Virus record (IMG/VR): IMGVR_UViG_3300035701_000003
Source of the DNA: a virus
Strand: one strand, 5' to 3'
DNA length: 64,000 nt
Part shown: positions 49,506 through 58,480 of the stretch, in pieces
How positions within the stretch are numbered: position 1 is the first letter of the stretch
Layout: every line of letters begins with the position of its first letter
Position numbers and translations under genes: made by a program
Notes under the pieces: generated by a model
What the model saw: the letters and a program-made list of their open reading frames with translations, nothing else
Told to the model about the DNA's origin: nothing
The model's database searches: none

Positions 49506-50429
49506 ATGAACTGGAGAAAGATTTTCTCAAAATCCGAACATATTAAAGATAGTTTTAAAAACTATAAAATACCCGATTCTAAAGGGGAACTTCCAAATAG
49601 GGCGGATTTCTCTGGAGACAAGTTTCCTAAATCTGGGGACTCCGCGAAGGTGGAGTTAAACGCATGGCATGCTGGTAATAGTACTTACAAAAAAGATAAA
49701 GGAGTAGAAGATAAATCTAAAATACCTTCTCCTATTATTGAAGAAAAGAATCGAAGAGAATTTGTTGGTGATAAAACCATGGAGAGAAGAAGTGGCTGGA
49801 GAGGTAATTTAATGACATTGGGCGAAGTTACTTTTCGACAAAGAAAGGATGGCGATATTGAAATAGATGTTTCTGATACTAATAAAAATACCTTCGAGGA
49901 TAAAGAACTCGAACCCCTTACTGATATTAAAACTGAATCTAATTGGAGAAGCGTTCTTTCTATGGGGGGCGAACCCAATATAGAATTTACCAGAAAGGAA
50001 GATGGAGTATACAAACTTTTAGTTACTCAACCCAATGTTAGCCATCCACAACCGGAAGTAGCGGAGGAGAACAATATTAATCAAAACGATACACTCTCCC
50101 CAACACCGCCACAACCTGGGGCGATTACGCCCTCATCGCCTCAGGATCTTACTCCAACTACTTCTTCTAAAGATTGCGGTTCTTCTTCTAAAGATATGAA
50201 GGAATGGGTAATTCGAAAGGATGGTAATTTAAGTTTAATTGGCAGAGAATGCGCTGATAAAGCCGGTATTTTTATAATAAATAATAATAGTTCCAAATTT
50301 GGTAAGAGAGCTTCTCAGACAACTATCGAACAAGAAGTTATAGAGAAAAAAGGAAGGACTTGGCGCGAATTAATTAATCAGTCTGTATGGGAATACCGAT
50401 TTGAGGAACTTGTTAAAAATGGTAAATAA
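49506..50429 (+). CDS. Head-region protein sharing a motif with the scaffold-like protein
   Basis: MNWRKIFS leader; ADFSGDKFP...KVELNAW matches ADFTGDKWP...EVELRNW in the 51666 ORF. Confidence 0.65.
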   Translation: MNWRKIFSKSEHIKDSFKNYKIPDSKGELPNRADFSGDKFPKSGDSAKVELNAWHAGNSTYKKDKGVEDKSKIPSPIIEEKNRREFVGDKTMERRSGWRGNLMTLGEVTFRQRKDGDIEIDVSDTNKNTFEDKELEPLTDIKTESNWRSVLSMGGEPNIEFTRKEDGVYKLLVTQPNVSHPQPEVAEENNINQNDTLSPTPPQPGAITPSSPQDLTPTTSSKDCGSSSKDMKEWVIRKDGNLSLIGRECADKAGIFIINNNSSKFGKRASQTTIEQEVIEKKGRTWRELINQSVWEYRFEELVKNGK

Positions 50430-51261
50430 AATTTACAACTGTTTAATTTGTAATAAAACTTTAATTAAACAACAAAAAAAGTACTGTTCTAAAATTTGCG
50501 CCGATTTGGCTAAGAAGGGGGTAATAAGACCCCACTTAAAAGAAACAAAAGAAAAGATAAGTAAAACTTTGATGGGGCATTTTGTATCCGACATTACTAG
50601 AGAAAAGATAAGTAAGAAAAATAAGGGTAGAAAATTATCGGAGGAACATAAGAAAAAGGTGAGTGAATCTCTTAAAGGAGAAAAAGCTTACTGGTATGGT
50701 AAGAAGTTACCAGAGGAAATTAGGGAAAAATTAAGTTTAGCTAAATTAGGAAAGAAATTATCTTTTGAACATCGTCAAAAAATAAGCGAAGGGCATAAAG
50801 GTAAAAAACTTTCTGAAGTTACTAGATATAAAATTAGTCAAAAAGCTTTGGAAAGATTACGAAATGGAAATTATAGTAGTTGGCGGCAGAAGTCTCCTTC
50901 TAAAACTGAAAAGTCATGGGGCGATTTAGTAGAAAGGATATTCGATATAACTTTAGAACCTTCTTTTTGGGTAGAAGGTAGATGTTTTGATTTTAGGTTT
51001 AATAATTATCTATTTGAGATAGATGGAGGTTACTATCATTCCTTTGAAGAAAGCGTAGAACGCGACGAATTAAAAAACAGAATAGCTATAGATAATGGCT
51101 ATATTATATATAGATTTAATGCTGATAATTCTAAAGAAGCTGTTTCTTCAATAAGAGAAAATATGGAATTACTGCAAAATATATTTAAAGGTTCTTTTCA
51201 AAAAAATAACGAAGCCGTTTGGATTTCGAAGTATGAAAAGTTATTAACTAAAGGTTCCTGA
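50419..51261 (+). mobile_element. Free-standing homing endonuclease-like gene (Zn finger, NUMOD3 repeats, C-terminal PD-(D/E)xK/DUF559-like nuclease)
   Basis: CLICNK..YCSKIC; repeated (L/H)SEE(H/T)(K/R).KIS; FDFRFNNYLFEIDGGYYH. Confidence 0.75.
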
Positions 51262-51540
51262 TTGGATGATTTAACTTTTAATACAGATTTATCTTTTCAA
51301 GATTTTTCTGATGATGAAGTAGATGATGCTATTTCTGCTATTACTTCTTCCTTAAAATTTGAAGCTACCAACGGTTCTTTTTTACAACCTCTTAAAGCAT
51401 CAGAAAAACTTATTAAAGCCTTTCGCAAAAGACAATCTGAAATAGAGGAACTACTAAAGCAAAGCAATCTCGAAAAATCAAAACGTGGCGAGTTGTATTT
51501 AGAATTAAGGGTAATTAAGAAATCTTTAGAGGACATTTAA
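51262..51540 (+). CDS. Small acidic/coiled protein with SSLKF motif
   Basis: TTG start; TSSLKFE. Confidence 0.45.
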   Translation: MDDLTFNTDLSFQDFSDDEVDDAISAITSSLKFEATNGSFLQPLKASEKLIKAFRKRQSEIEELLKQSNLEKSKRGELYLELRVIKKSLEDI

Positions 51541-51568
51541 CTTTTCTGCTTGCCAGAAGTCTCCCACC

Positions 51569-51600
51569 TTGAAATTTTCGAAGTTTCACCTATATATAAT
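51569..51600 (+). promoter_or_regulatory. Possible sigma70-like promoter upstream of the scaffold operon
   Basis: TTGAAA at 51569, then 16-18 nt, then TATATA/TATAAT. Confidence 0.35.
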
Positions 51601-51665
51601 TTATAAATTACCAATATTTTGTAGAAGCTCTCGAGAATTTTAAACATTATTTTAAGGAGATTAAG

Positions 51666-53363
51666 ATGAACCTTCCAGAAAAACCAGCCATAATTCAATC
51701 CTTAGCGGATATGGAAAAAGAATTGAATGACTCCAAAAAAACAGTTGAAGCTTTTATGGACGACATTGATAATCTTTCTCCTGATGATATGCAATTTGAT
51801 AATAAGGACGAATCCTTAGGTGAAGAGGATAAGGAAAAGATTAGTGAGATAAAAACTCCAGAAGACGCCAAGAAAGTCCTCAAAACTGTGAAAGATGACG
51901 TTGATAATGTTATCAATAGTTTAGATGGGTTAGCCGGACAGACCCAAGAAGAAAAGAGTGCCAGCAAGTTTAAACGTTTTAATGAGAAGTATGCTAACGC
52001 TATAATGACCCTTTCTCAAAATGCGGATAAAGCTATCCAGGACGCCCAGGATGTATTACGTCATTGGGGCTTTTTAAGGAAAGCTAAAAAGATCGCGAAG
52101 AAAGTAACTCCAAGTACCTCCACTCCAGTATTAGCTACTTTGAATGAAGCTTTAGCAAGCGTTGAACAGACTGCTAAATGGTTGGATACAATGGCAGGCC
52201 ACTTTGGGTACATAAGAAAAGATGCTACAGCTGTTCCTCCTACCGGAGCTGACTTTACTGGTGATAAATGGCCTGAAGGTAAAAATCCAGCTGAAGTTGA
52301 ACTAAGGAATTGGCAATCAGGAGCTGATAAATTTAAAAGGGATAAGAAATTTGAAGACGCTCGTCCTAATGCTTCTGACGAAAATAGACTCAATACAGTT
52401 GATTATCCGCGAAGTGATAAACCTTTCGTGAACGCTTTTTTCCACCCTGTAGAAAATAATAAATTTGGTTCCTATTGGGAAGTAGTGGATACTAAGAGTA
52501 ACAAGAAATTAGTTGCAAGTTTTGTTAATTTACCTAAAGAATTATTCCCAAAGAACCTTCCTAAGAATGATATGACCTTCCAGCAGTTTGCGAGTCCTGC
52601 TTATGGTAATTCTATTGTAACCGCTGTTATTGAACGTGGAATAGACGCTGTCAAGAAAGAATTGGATGCCGCTGAAAGCGCTTTGGATAAAACCACCTTG
52701 AATAAAGTAGCTGCTGCAGATAAAGGTAATTTAAGAAAGTATTACACTGATGCTTATGGGGATGCTGGTTACGCTGGAGAATTAACTAAAGGTGCTGAAA
52801 AAGAAATGAATATTGGTTACACTCCTAAAGACGATTCCGTAAAGAATAAAAAAGAAGAAACCAAAGACGGTCCTGGCAAGATATCATCTGAAAAGGCAGA
52901 TCCTGAAGTATTAAAAGCAAAGGCACGAAGGGCTGTAAATTTAGCAAGAAAGCTTTCAAGCCGCGGAGCTTTGCCATTTACCTATGAATCTATTTATAAG
53001 AAAGCCGAAGAATTAATGGAACTTCCTGATGATCAATTTCAGGCAAAAGATCAAGCGCTTGATGATATTCCAGTTATAAATGAAGCCGCTCTTAAGGAAG
53101 CCCATATTCCTGATACCGAGATAGGTATTGTAGGTAATACCCCCGAAGGAGTAAGAGATCCTATGGCAAAAGTAACTACTGAAGATATCGATAAGAACGT
53201 AAAGAGTGATGCTACTATTAGTAAGGCTTCTTCTTTGATTCCTCAAACCTTTATAGATAATGATAAAAAAGGCTATCAGTTCGTGTTTAAGTCTATAAAA
53301 CAGAAACTCGAGGAAAAAGGAATTACATCTGATAAATTAAGAATTGCTAATAATAGACAATAA
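51666..53363 (+). CDS. Capsid scaffold-like protein
   Basis: Acidic coiled coils; AAGGAG RBS; position upstream of the decoration and capsid genes. Confidence 0.65.
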   Translation: MNLPEKPAIIQSLADMEKELNDSKKTVEAFMDDIDNLSPDDMQFDNKDESLGEEDKEKISEIKTPEDAKKVLKTVKDDVDNVINSLDGLAGQTQEEKSASKFKRFNEKYANAIMTLSQNADKAIQDAQDVLRHWGFLRKAKKIAKKVTPSTSTPVLATLNEALASVEQTAKWLDTMAGHFGYIRKDATAVPPTGADFTGDKWPEGKNPAEVELRNWQSGADKFKRDKKFEDARPNASDENRLNTVDYPRSDKPFVNAFFHPVENNKFGSYWEVVDTKSNKKLVASFVNLPKELFPKNLPKNDMTFQQFASPAYGNSIVTAVIERGIDAVKKELDAAESALDKTTLNKVAAADKGNLRKYYTDAYGDAGYAGELTKGAEKEMNIGYTPKDDSVKNKKEETKDGPGKISSEKADPEVLKAKARRAVNLARKLSSRGALPFTYESIYKKAEELMELPDDQFQAKDQALDDIPVINEAALKEAHIPDTEIGIVGNTPEGVRDPMAKVTTEDIDKNVKSDATISKASSLIPQTFIDNDKKGYQFVFKSIKQKLEEKGITSDKLRIANNRQ

Positions 53364-53413
53364 TAAAGTTTTTCGTTTTTCGTTATAGTTAAAAATAAAT
53401 TTTTGGAGAAAAA

Positions 53414-53857
53414 ATGAGTAAAGTAATTGTGCTGAACGCCTTTGCAAAGGATTTCTTTCCAGTATCCGCTGCATCCAAGGTTACTACGTGGTTACCTGGT
53501 CAAGGGTTCATGTTTAACTCTACTGGAGAGTATATTGAAATAGCTAACTGTGATAGCACTATGTTTATAGCCGGAGACGACGAGGACGAATTAGCTACTC
53601 CTCCTACAGGTTCCATATTAACGGTTTATTATGGCTCTGGTACTAAACTTTTAATAGATCACTCTGAAGAAGTAGCTGCTTCTAGCGCCGCTAGAGTATA
53701 TGAATCTGAAGTAGCTTCTGCTGCGCCAAATGCTAACTTGTATATTGGACTTACTGGTAAATGGCAGACAACTTCTACTGGAGCTGTTAAAGGTAAGTTA
53801 TTCCAGGTTCCAAGTGCTTATAATAATTACACTATGGGTGTAATTCTTAGGTTCTAA
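53414..53857 (+). CDS. Capsid decoration/cement protein (probable)
   Basis: 147 aa, beta-rich, between scaffold and MCP. Confidence 0.6.
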   Translation: MSKVIVLNAFAKDFFPVSAASKVTTWLPGQGFMFNSTGEYIEIANCDSTMFIAGDDEDELATPPTGSILTVYYGSGTKLLIDHSEEVAASSAARVYESEVASAAPNANLYIGLTGKWQTTSTGAVKGKLFQVPSAYNNYTMGVILRF

Positions 53858-54029
53858 TTAGAACTTTAGCACAGTATCATTATTAGCCCTCAGTTACGAC
53901 TTCCTGGACGCAGCTGAGGGCATTTGATTTTGAAATTTATCACGCTTCCAGTTTATATCTGGAAGTTCTTGCGATGCTTAGATAAAAGTAACACAAAGTA
54001 TCGTTCATTAAACAAAAGGAGTAAATAGA
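53851..54029 (+). promoter_or_regulatory. Structured leader of the major capsid gene (palindrome plus three hairpins)
   Basis: GTTCTAATTAGAAC palindrome; stems GCCCTCAGTT/AGCTGAGGGC, CTTCCAG/CTGGAAG, GCGATGCTT/AAGTATCGT; AAGGAG RBS follows. Confidence 0.5.
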
Positions 54030-56311
54030 ATGATTCTATTGAATTCAAGGAAACCAGGTGAAGGATTTGCGCTTAAGAAAGAAGCTGCAAATGTTCCTTT
54101 AACGGATCCTTACAGAACTTATGAAAGGTCTGTAACAGACGACGATTCTATTTGGCAAGCTCTAACTACGGAAGCCGGCCGTCAAGCTCTCGGAGCTTAA
54201 TTATTGGGTTCCTAATTTCGCTATATGCTGGAACATCTCGTTATAACCTAGCCGTACTTAGTTTTAATAACTAAGTAAAAATCGGAGAGTAGAGACAATC
54301 AGCAGGAAAATAAAAGATGAGTAAGTTGACTTTTATGCTCCTCAGAGACTACACGCGAAACACTTTGGGATACTTTTCTAGAGTGAAGATATAGTCCGAA
54401 CTCTATAGCGATATAGAGAAGGTAACAGAAATGTTTACCTCCTTGCGAAAGTAAGAGTAACAAATTTGCAAATGGCTGTTCCTATTCGTGAAACTCTTGA
54501 CTACGTCGGTGTAGCAAGAAAGTTTTTCGAGATAGACGTATTAGCTCAAGGCCAGATAGCGCGTTATAGTCATAGCGCACTTTAAACTTTGCTATATGCT
54601 GGAAACCCTTAATAGACATTAGATACGGTGAAAACGTAATAATTCTAATGGCTAAGACAATCAGCAGGAAAGGAATATTTTCATATGGGAACTTTAGGTA
54701 AAAGATGGGAAGTCCCCCATCATCAAAAATATAAGAATATAGTTACTCGAGAAGTTTTAACAGATGCTACTATTAGAAGAATTTCTGATTATAAACTTTC
54801 GAAAGAATTAAAAGTTCCAGTAACTGCTATTCAGCACTACCGCTATAAATGGCAGATACCAAGCGCTCGGTATGATTCTGAGGTATCTAAGATGAGAGAT
54901 TATAAATTATCTCCTGAGGAAGTAGGGTTGATTATAGGCACTGTTCTTGGGGATGGTCATTTAAGTTATTCCCCCGAAAGAGACGAAGCTTTTCTTATTA
55001 TAATGCATTCTGAAAAACAGAAGGAATATGTATATCATAAATATGAAAAGTTAAAAAAACTTTGTTTAATGGATGTTAAGCAATCTTTGATAAGTAACGA
55101 TTACGTTCAAAATTCTGTAGTATATAGTTTTTCTACTATTTGGCATCCTGATTTAGCTAAATTGCATAAGATTATATATATAGATGGTAAAAAATCAGTT
55201 ACTAAAGAAGCTTTGAAGTTATTGACCATAGCTGGATTTGCTTGGTGGTTTTTTGATGATGGTGCTTTGGGCAAGAAATTACAACAGTATAGTTTAAGTA
55301 CTTGTCAATTCCCTTTAGACCAACAAAAGTTGATAAGAGAATTTTTATTTAAGAAATTAGGTATTTATTCTACTATAGTTAGATCCTACCATAGGCAGGC
55401 TCAAAAGTATTTTTATAGTTTGTATATACCTAAAAGATCTAATGAAACTTTAGTTAGTTATTTAAAATCTTTTTTAGTTCCCTGTATGGAATATAAAATA
55501 TGTTCCGTTCCTCAGAGACTGACACGCAAAGCTTCTAATAAAATAGAAGATGATACAGTCCGAACTTCATAGTGATATGAAGAGTGATACAGAAATGATA
55601 TCACCACTCCTGAAGGAGAAAGTAACAAGATAGTATGACAAAGATATAGACGTTCCTGCCTACGTTGTGTCAAAAAGAGGCAAGGTCAATGAGTGGAATG
55701 TAGAAGGTGAATATGTTGAACCAACTACTTGGGAAATTTTCTCTCCAGCTCAAATCAGATTATCTCAAATCCAACAGAGAAGGTTTAATATTCTTGATCG
55801 TACTCAGGAAAAGATCAGAATTCAAACCCAGATTCAGGAAGACGACCAGTTCTTGGCATTGTTAAATACTACAACTGCTGCTAATACTACTAACAATCCT
55901 TTGACTACCGGCACTTCTGGTTGTGATAAAGCCTTCTTGAACGATGTAACCGCTGTTATTATGGATCATGACTTACCATGTTATGGTTTGTTAATGAGAT
56001 TTGATTCCTTTAAGGATATCAGAGGTTGGGATAATACGGATTTAGATCCCGTAACGATGCGTGAGATTTTAGAAACCGGTTTATACGGACAAATTTGGGG
56101 TATAGATATCATAGTAAGTAGAAGGGTTACTAAAGGACAAGTTTATGCGATAGCTGAACCGAGATTCTTTGGAGTAATGCCTATAAGAACTGAAATGATA
56201 TTAATGCCTGATGACAATCCAAAACAGGCTACTATTGGATATGTTGGCTACGAAGAACTCGGAATGGCCGCCGTAGTTTCCAATGGTGTCGCCAAAGGAT
56301 ATCATAATTAA
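54030..56311 (+). CDS. Major capsid protein, three exons (54030-54197, 54469-54564, 55634-56311; 313 aa spliced)
   Basis: Spliced reading ...GRQALGA|QMAVPIRETLDYVGVARKFFEIDVLAQGQIAR|YDKDIDVPAYVVSKRG...RRFNILDRTQEKIRIQTQIQED is continuous and matches the large-phage MCP pattern. Confidence 0.92.
54198..54468 (+). ncRNA. Group I intron 1 in MCP (271 nt, no ORF)
   Basis: P1 GGAGCU/GGUUCC with U.G at the splice site; P AUGCUGGAA, Q AAUCAGCAGG, R CAGAGACUACACG, S AAGAUAUAGUCC; P3 UUUCGC/GCGAAA; terminal G 54468. Confidence 0.93.
54565..55633 (+). ncRNA. Group I intron 2 in MCP (1069 nt) carrying a LAGLIDADG endonuclease
   Basis: P1 GCGUUAU/AUAGCGC with U.G after exon 2; perfect P10 (GUCAUA with exon 3 UAUGAC); P/Q/R/S elements; P3 CUUUGC/GCAAAG; terminal G 55633. 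Confidence 0.93.
54685..55572 (+). CDS. Intron-encoded LAGLIDADG homing endonuclease (two-motif type)
   Basis: GLIIGTVLGDGHL and AWWFFDDGAL motifs; AAGGA RBS; starts after Q and runs into the intron core. Confidence 0.9.
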   Translation: MGTLGKRWEVPHHQKYKNIVTREVLTDATIRRISDYKLSKELKVPVTAIQHYRYKWQIPSARYDSEVSKMRDYKLSPEEVGLIIGTVLGDGHLSYSPERDEAFLIIMHSEKQKEYVYHKYEKLKKLCLMDVKQSLISNDYVQNSVVYSFSTIWHPDLAKLHKIIYIDGKKSVTKEALKLLTIAGFAWWFFDDGALGKKLQQYSLSTCQFPLDQQKLIREFLFKKLGIYSTIVRSYHRQAQKYFYSLYIPKRSNETLVSYLKSFLVPCMEYKICSVPQRLTRKASNKIEDDTVRTS

Positions 56312-56348
56312 GTCTCTTTTATTGATCAGATAGCAGATTAGAGATGGG

Positions 56349-56382
56349 AAGGTATGTATCGAAAGATACGTACCTTTTTTTA
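56349..56382 (+). terminator. Rho-independent terminator after MCP
   Basis: AGGTATGTATC-GAAA-GATACGTACCT stem-loop followed by a T run. Confidence 0.85.
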
Positions 56383-56456
56383 TGTTTCCTTCCTCGTATA
56401 GAAGTTTTTATGTTTTTAGCTATATTTTTTGTGAAGAACTATAAAAGAATTATCTT

Positions 56457-57098
56457 ATGAGTACTTGCGTTGATTTACGGCTTTATAATAAAATAGGTGT
56501 AAGAACCGAATATACTATTCCTGTTGACGTTAGCGAAACCCCAAACAATTCTTTAGCTGGTTTTATTATATATTGGAGTTGTAAGAGAACTCTTACTTCG
56601 CCCTCTTCTAGTATAACCCTTAATAGTTATATAAACACTTCGCAGTTATATATAACTGATGTTTCGGGGTCTGTAAAATTAATATTAAATTCTGCTAATA
56701 CTACTAACTTACCACCAGGTACTTATTATTGGACAATACGTTTAGAACAGCATAGCGGTTCCGTAAGATTAACTTATCCCGGCGTGGCTTACGGTGATAT
56801 AATATTTCAACGTTCTCTTGAAATGGGAACTCCTTATGATGAGGTGGATATGGGTCAATTATATGAGTACATAGAAGCTAATACTTCAGGAGGTGATTTC
56901 ACCGTAAACTTACCAGCTGTGGCTACTAGAACTGGTAAATTCTTTGTAATTAAAGCCGATAGTTTAATAAATGGAGTAGTTATTGTAGTTCCTTATGATT
57001 CTGAAACTATAGACGATCAAAGTAATTATATAATGAATGCTCCTTATGCGGCCTTGCAACTTTATAGCGATGGAAGTAAGTGGACTATCGTTAATTAA
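56457..57098 (+). CDS. Virion structural protein (Ig-like/BppU-N-like)
   Basis: beta-rich LNSANTTNLPPGTYYWTIRL; C-terminal TVNLPA...IK...YSDGSKW. Confidence 0.6.
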   Translation: MSTCVDLRLYNKIGVRTEYTIPVDVSETPNNSLAGFIIYWSCKRTLTSPSSSITLNSYINTSQLYITDVSGSVKLILNSANTTNLPPGTYYWTIRLEQHSGSVRLTYPGVAYGDIIFQRSLEMGTPYDEVDMGQLYEYIEANTSGGDFTVNLPAVATRTGKFFVIKADSLINGVVIVVPYDSETIDDQSNYIMNAPYAALQLYSDGSKWTIVN

Positions 57099-57113
57099 AA
57101 AGGAGAATATCTA

Positions 57114-57680
57114 ATGGCCTTTTCTGTTGCTCAAGAATATTTTATAAATTACTACCGAGGGATGCTAACTATGCAATTCCATAAAGTAGCGGGGTCTGAC
57201 TATGATGGTATAGCTAAACTAGGCGACGAGGAATTATGGGGAGATTTACGATTAGGAATTAACTTTTTTAATAGTTACCCCCCTATAGTTACTACTTATA
57301 GATTCGCGGACCTTTATAGTAACGTTGGGGACGCTGAAGATCCTATGGCTCCTGAAAATGAATCTTTAGCTTCTAGTTTAGTTGCTCCTGTTATGATGTG
57401 CGCTATGTTTTTTACTGGAATGCGATTGCAGTTCTTTGAGGCCGGAAAACATTTTGAATATAACGATAATGGTATTTATTTAGGTAGAAAAAAACAAGCC
57501 GATTATGCTAATATAGTTGGTGGTAGTATCCTTCAATATTTAAATGCTCAATTAGTTGTTATAAAGAAGACCTTAGGGTTTAGTAGAATTAAAGTTAAAG
57601 GCTTATTTAGTGGTATAATTTCTTATCCCAGAAGTCTTACACGTGGTTTACGAGGCACTCGCATGGGGTCTGGAATATGA
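57114..57680 (+). CDS. Head-tail connector/adaptor (probable)
   Basis: After MCP; FNSYPP and F.YNDNG motifs. Confidence 0.55.
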   Translation: MAFSVAQEYFINYYRGMLTMQFHKVAGSDYDGIAKLGDEELWGDLRLGINFFNSYPPIVTTYRFADLYSNVGDAEDPMAPENESLASSLVAPVMMCAMFFTGMRLQFFEAGKHFEYNDNGIYLGRKKQADYANIVGGSILQYLNAQLVVIKKTLGFSRIKVKGLFSGIISYPRSLTRGLRGTRMGSGI

Positions 57681-58477
57681 TAGAGTTTTATTCTGAAAAT
57701 TTAAAAAGTTACCCTTTATTTTTACAAATAGGTAACCGCTTAAAACTTTTTCAGGAAAATAATTTTGAAAATATGTGGAATTTATTTGTATCCTACGCCA
57801 CTAAAATGAAAAGAGTAGTAGGCAATGTTTCTTTTAGAAAAGATGTTGGTAATATTAATGTCATGGGGATTCGTTTTAATGACGAAGTATCTTTTAATTT
57901 AGGTCCTACTTATTATAATGATATATTAATTGTATCGCAAAATAAGACTAATGCTCTTTTTCCCTCTTTTTATATTTATAAAGTAACTATGGATCCTAAG
58001 AATAAAACCGATAAAATAGCTCATTTACTTTTAGGAGTTTATAATAGTTACGTAGTAAGACCCCACAAATGGATACCTTCTAGAACAGCTCTTTGTCAAG
58101 ATATAAACAACGTATTTATAGCACGCACTGATGCTTATGGTAATGTTATTAACGCTGTTCCTTATTCTGGTATCTTTGGTATAAATATTCACGATGCTGG
58201 GGGTTTCATCAACTCTAGTATAGGGTGTACTATATTAGAAAGGGATTCTCTGGATAATGGGTATCATTATGTAAAAAGTTTTAAACCCTTGTTAAAGACT
58301 GTTTCTAATAAAAAAGATGTTGTTTATTGCGTTACTTCTATTAAACTTTTAGAAGAGATATACTATACGTATATTTTGAAACAAGACTTAGAAAAGAATA
58401 GACTACCTAATTTTAGAATACCTGTAAGTCCTCCCTTAAATTGGTGGTCTAAATTTACTCTAAAGAGGGGGTGGTAA
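57677..58477 (+). CDS. L,D-transpeptidase-like (YkuD-type) peptidoglycan hydrolase/endolysin
   Basis: GIR...YNDILIV...TMDP...FGINIHDAG...NSSIGC, His-x15-Cys catalytic pattern. Confidence 0.7.
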   Translation: MIEFYSENLKSYPLFLQIGNRLKLFQENNFENMWNLFVSYATKMKRVVGNVSFRKDVGNINVMGIRFNDEVSFNLGPTYYNDILIVSQNKTNALFPSFYIYKVTMDPKNKTDKIAHLLLGVYNSYVVRPHKWIPSRTALCQDINNVFIARTDAYGNVINAVPYSGIFGINIHDAGGFINSSIGCTILERDSLDNGYHYVKSFKPLLKTVSNKKDVVYCVTSIKLLEEIYYTYILKQDLEKNRLPNFRIPVSPPLNWWSKFTLKRGW

Positions 58478-58480
58478 TAT

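Noticed and set aside
50419-51261. NUMOD3 endonuclease as part of a third intron
   Set aside because: No P/Q/R/S elements or P1 pairing in the flanks, and flanking ORFs have their own stop and start
24499-51595. AAGTT-N5-TAT as a late promoter motif (near 24499, 28177, 51581)
   Set aside because: Short, AT-rich, only three loose matches, and absent upstream of other late genes
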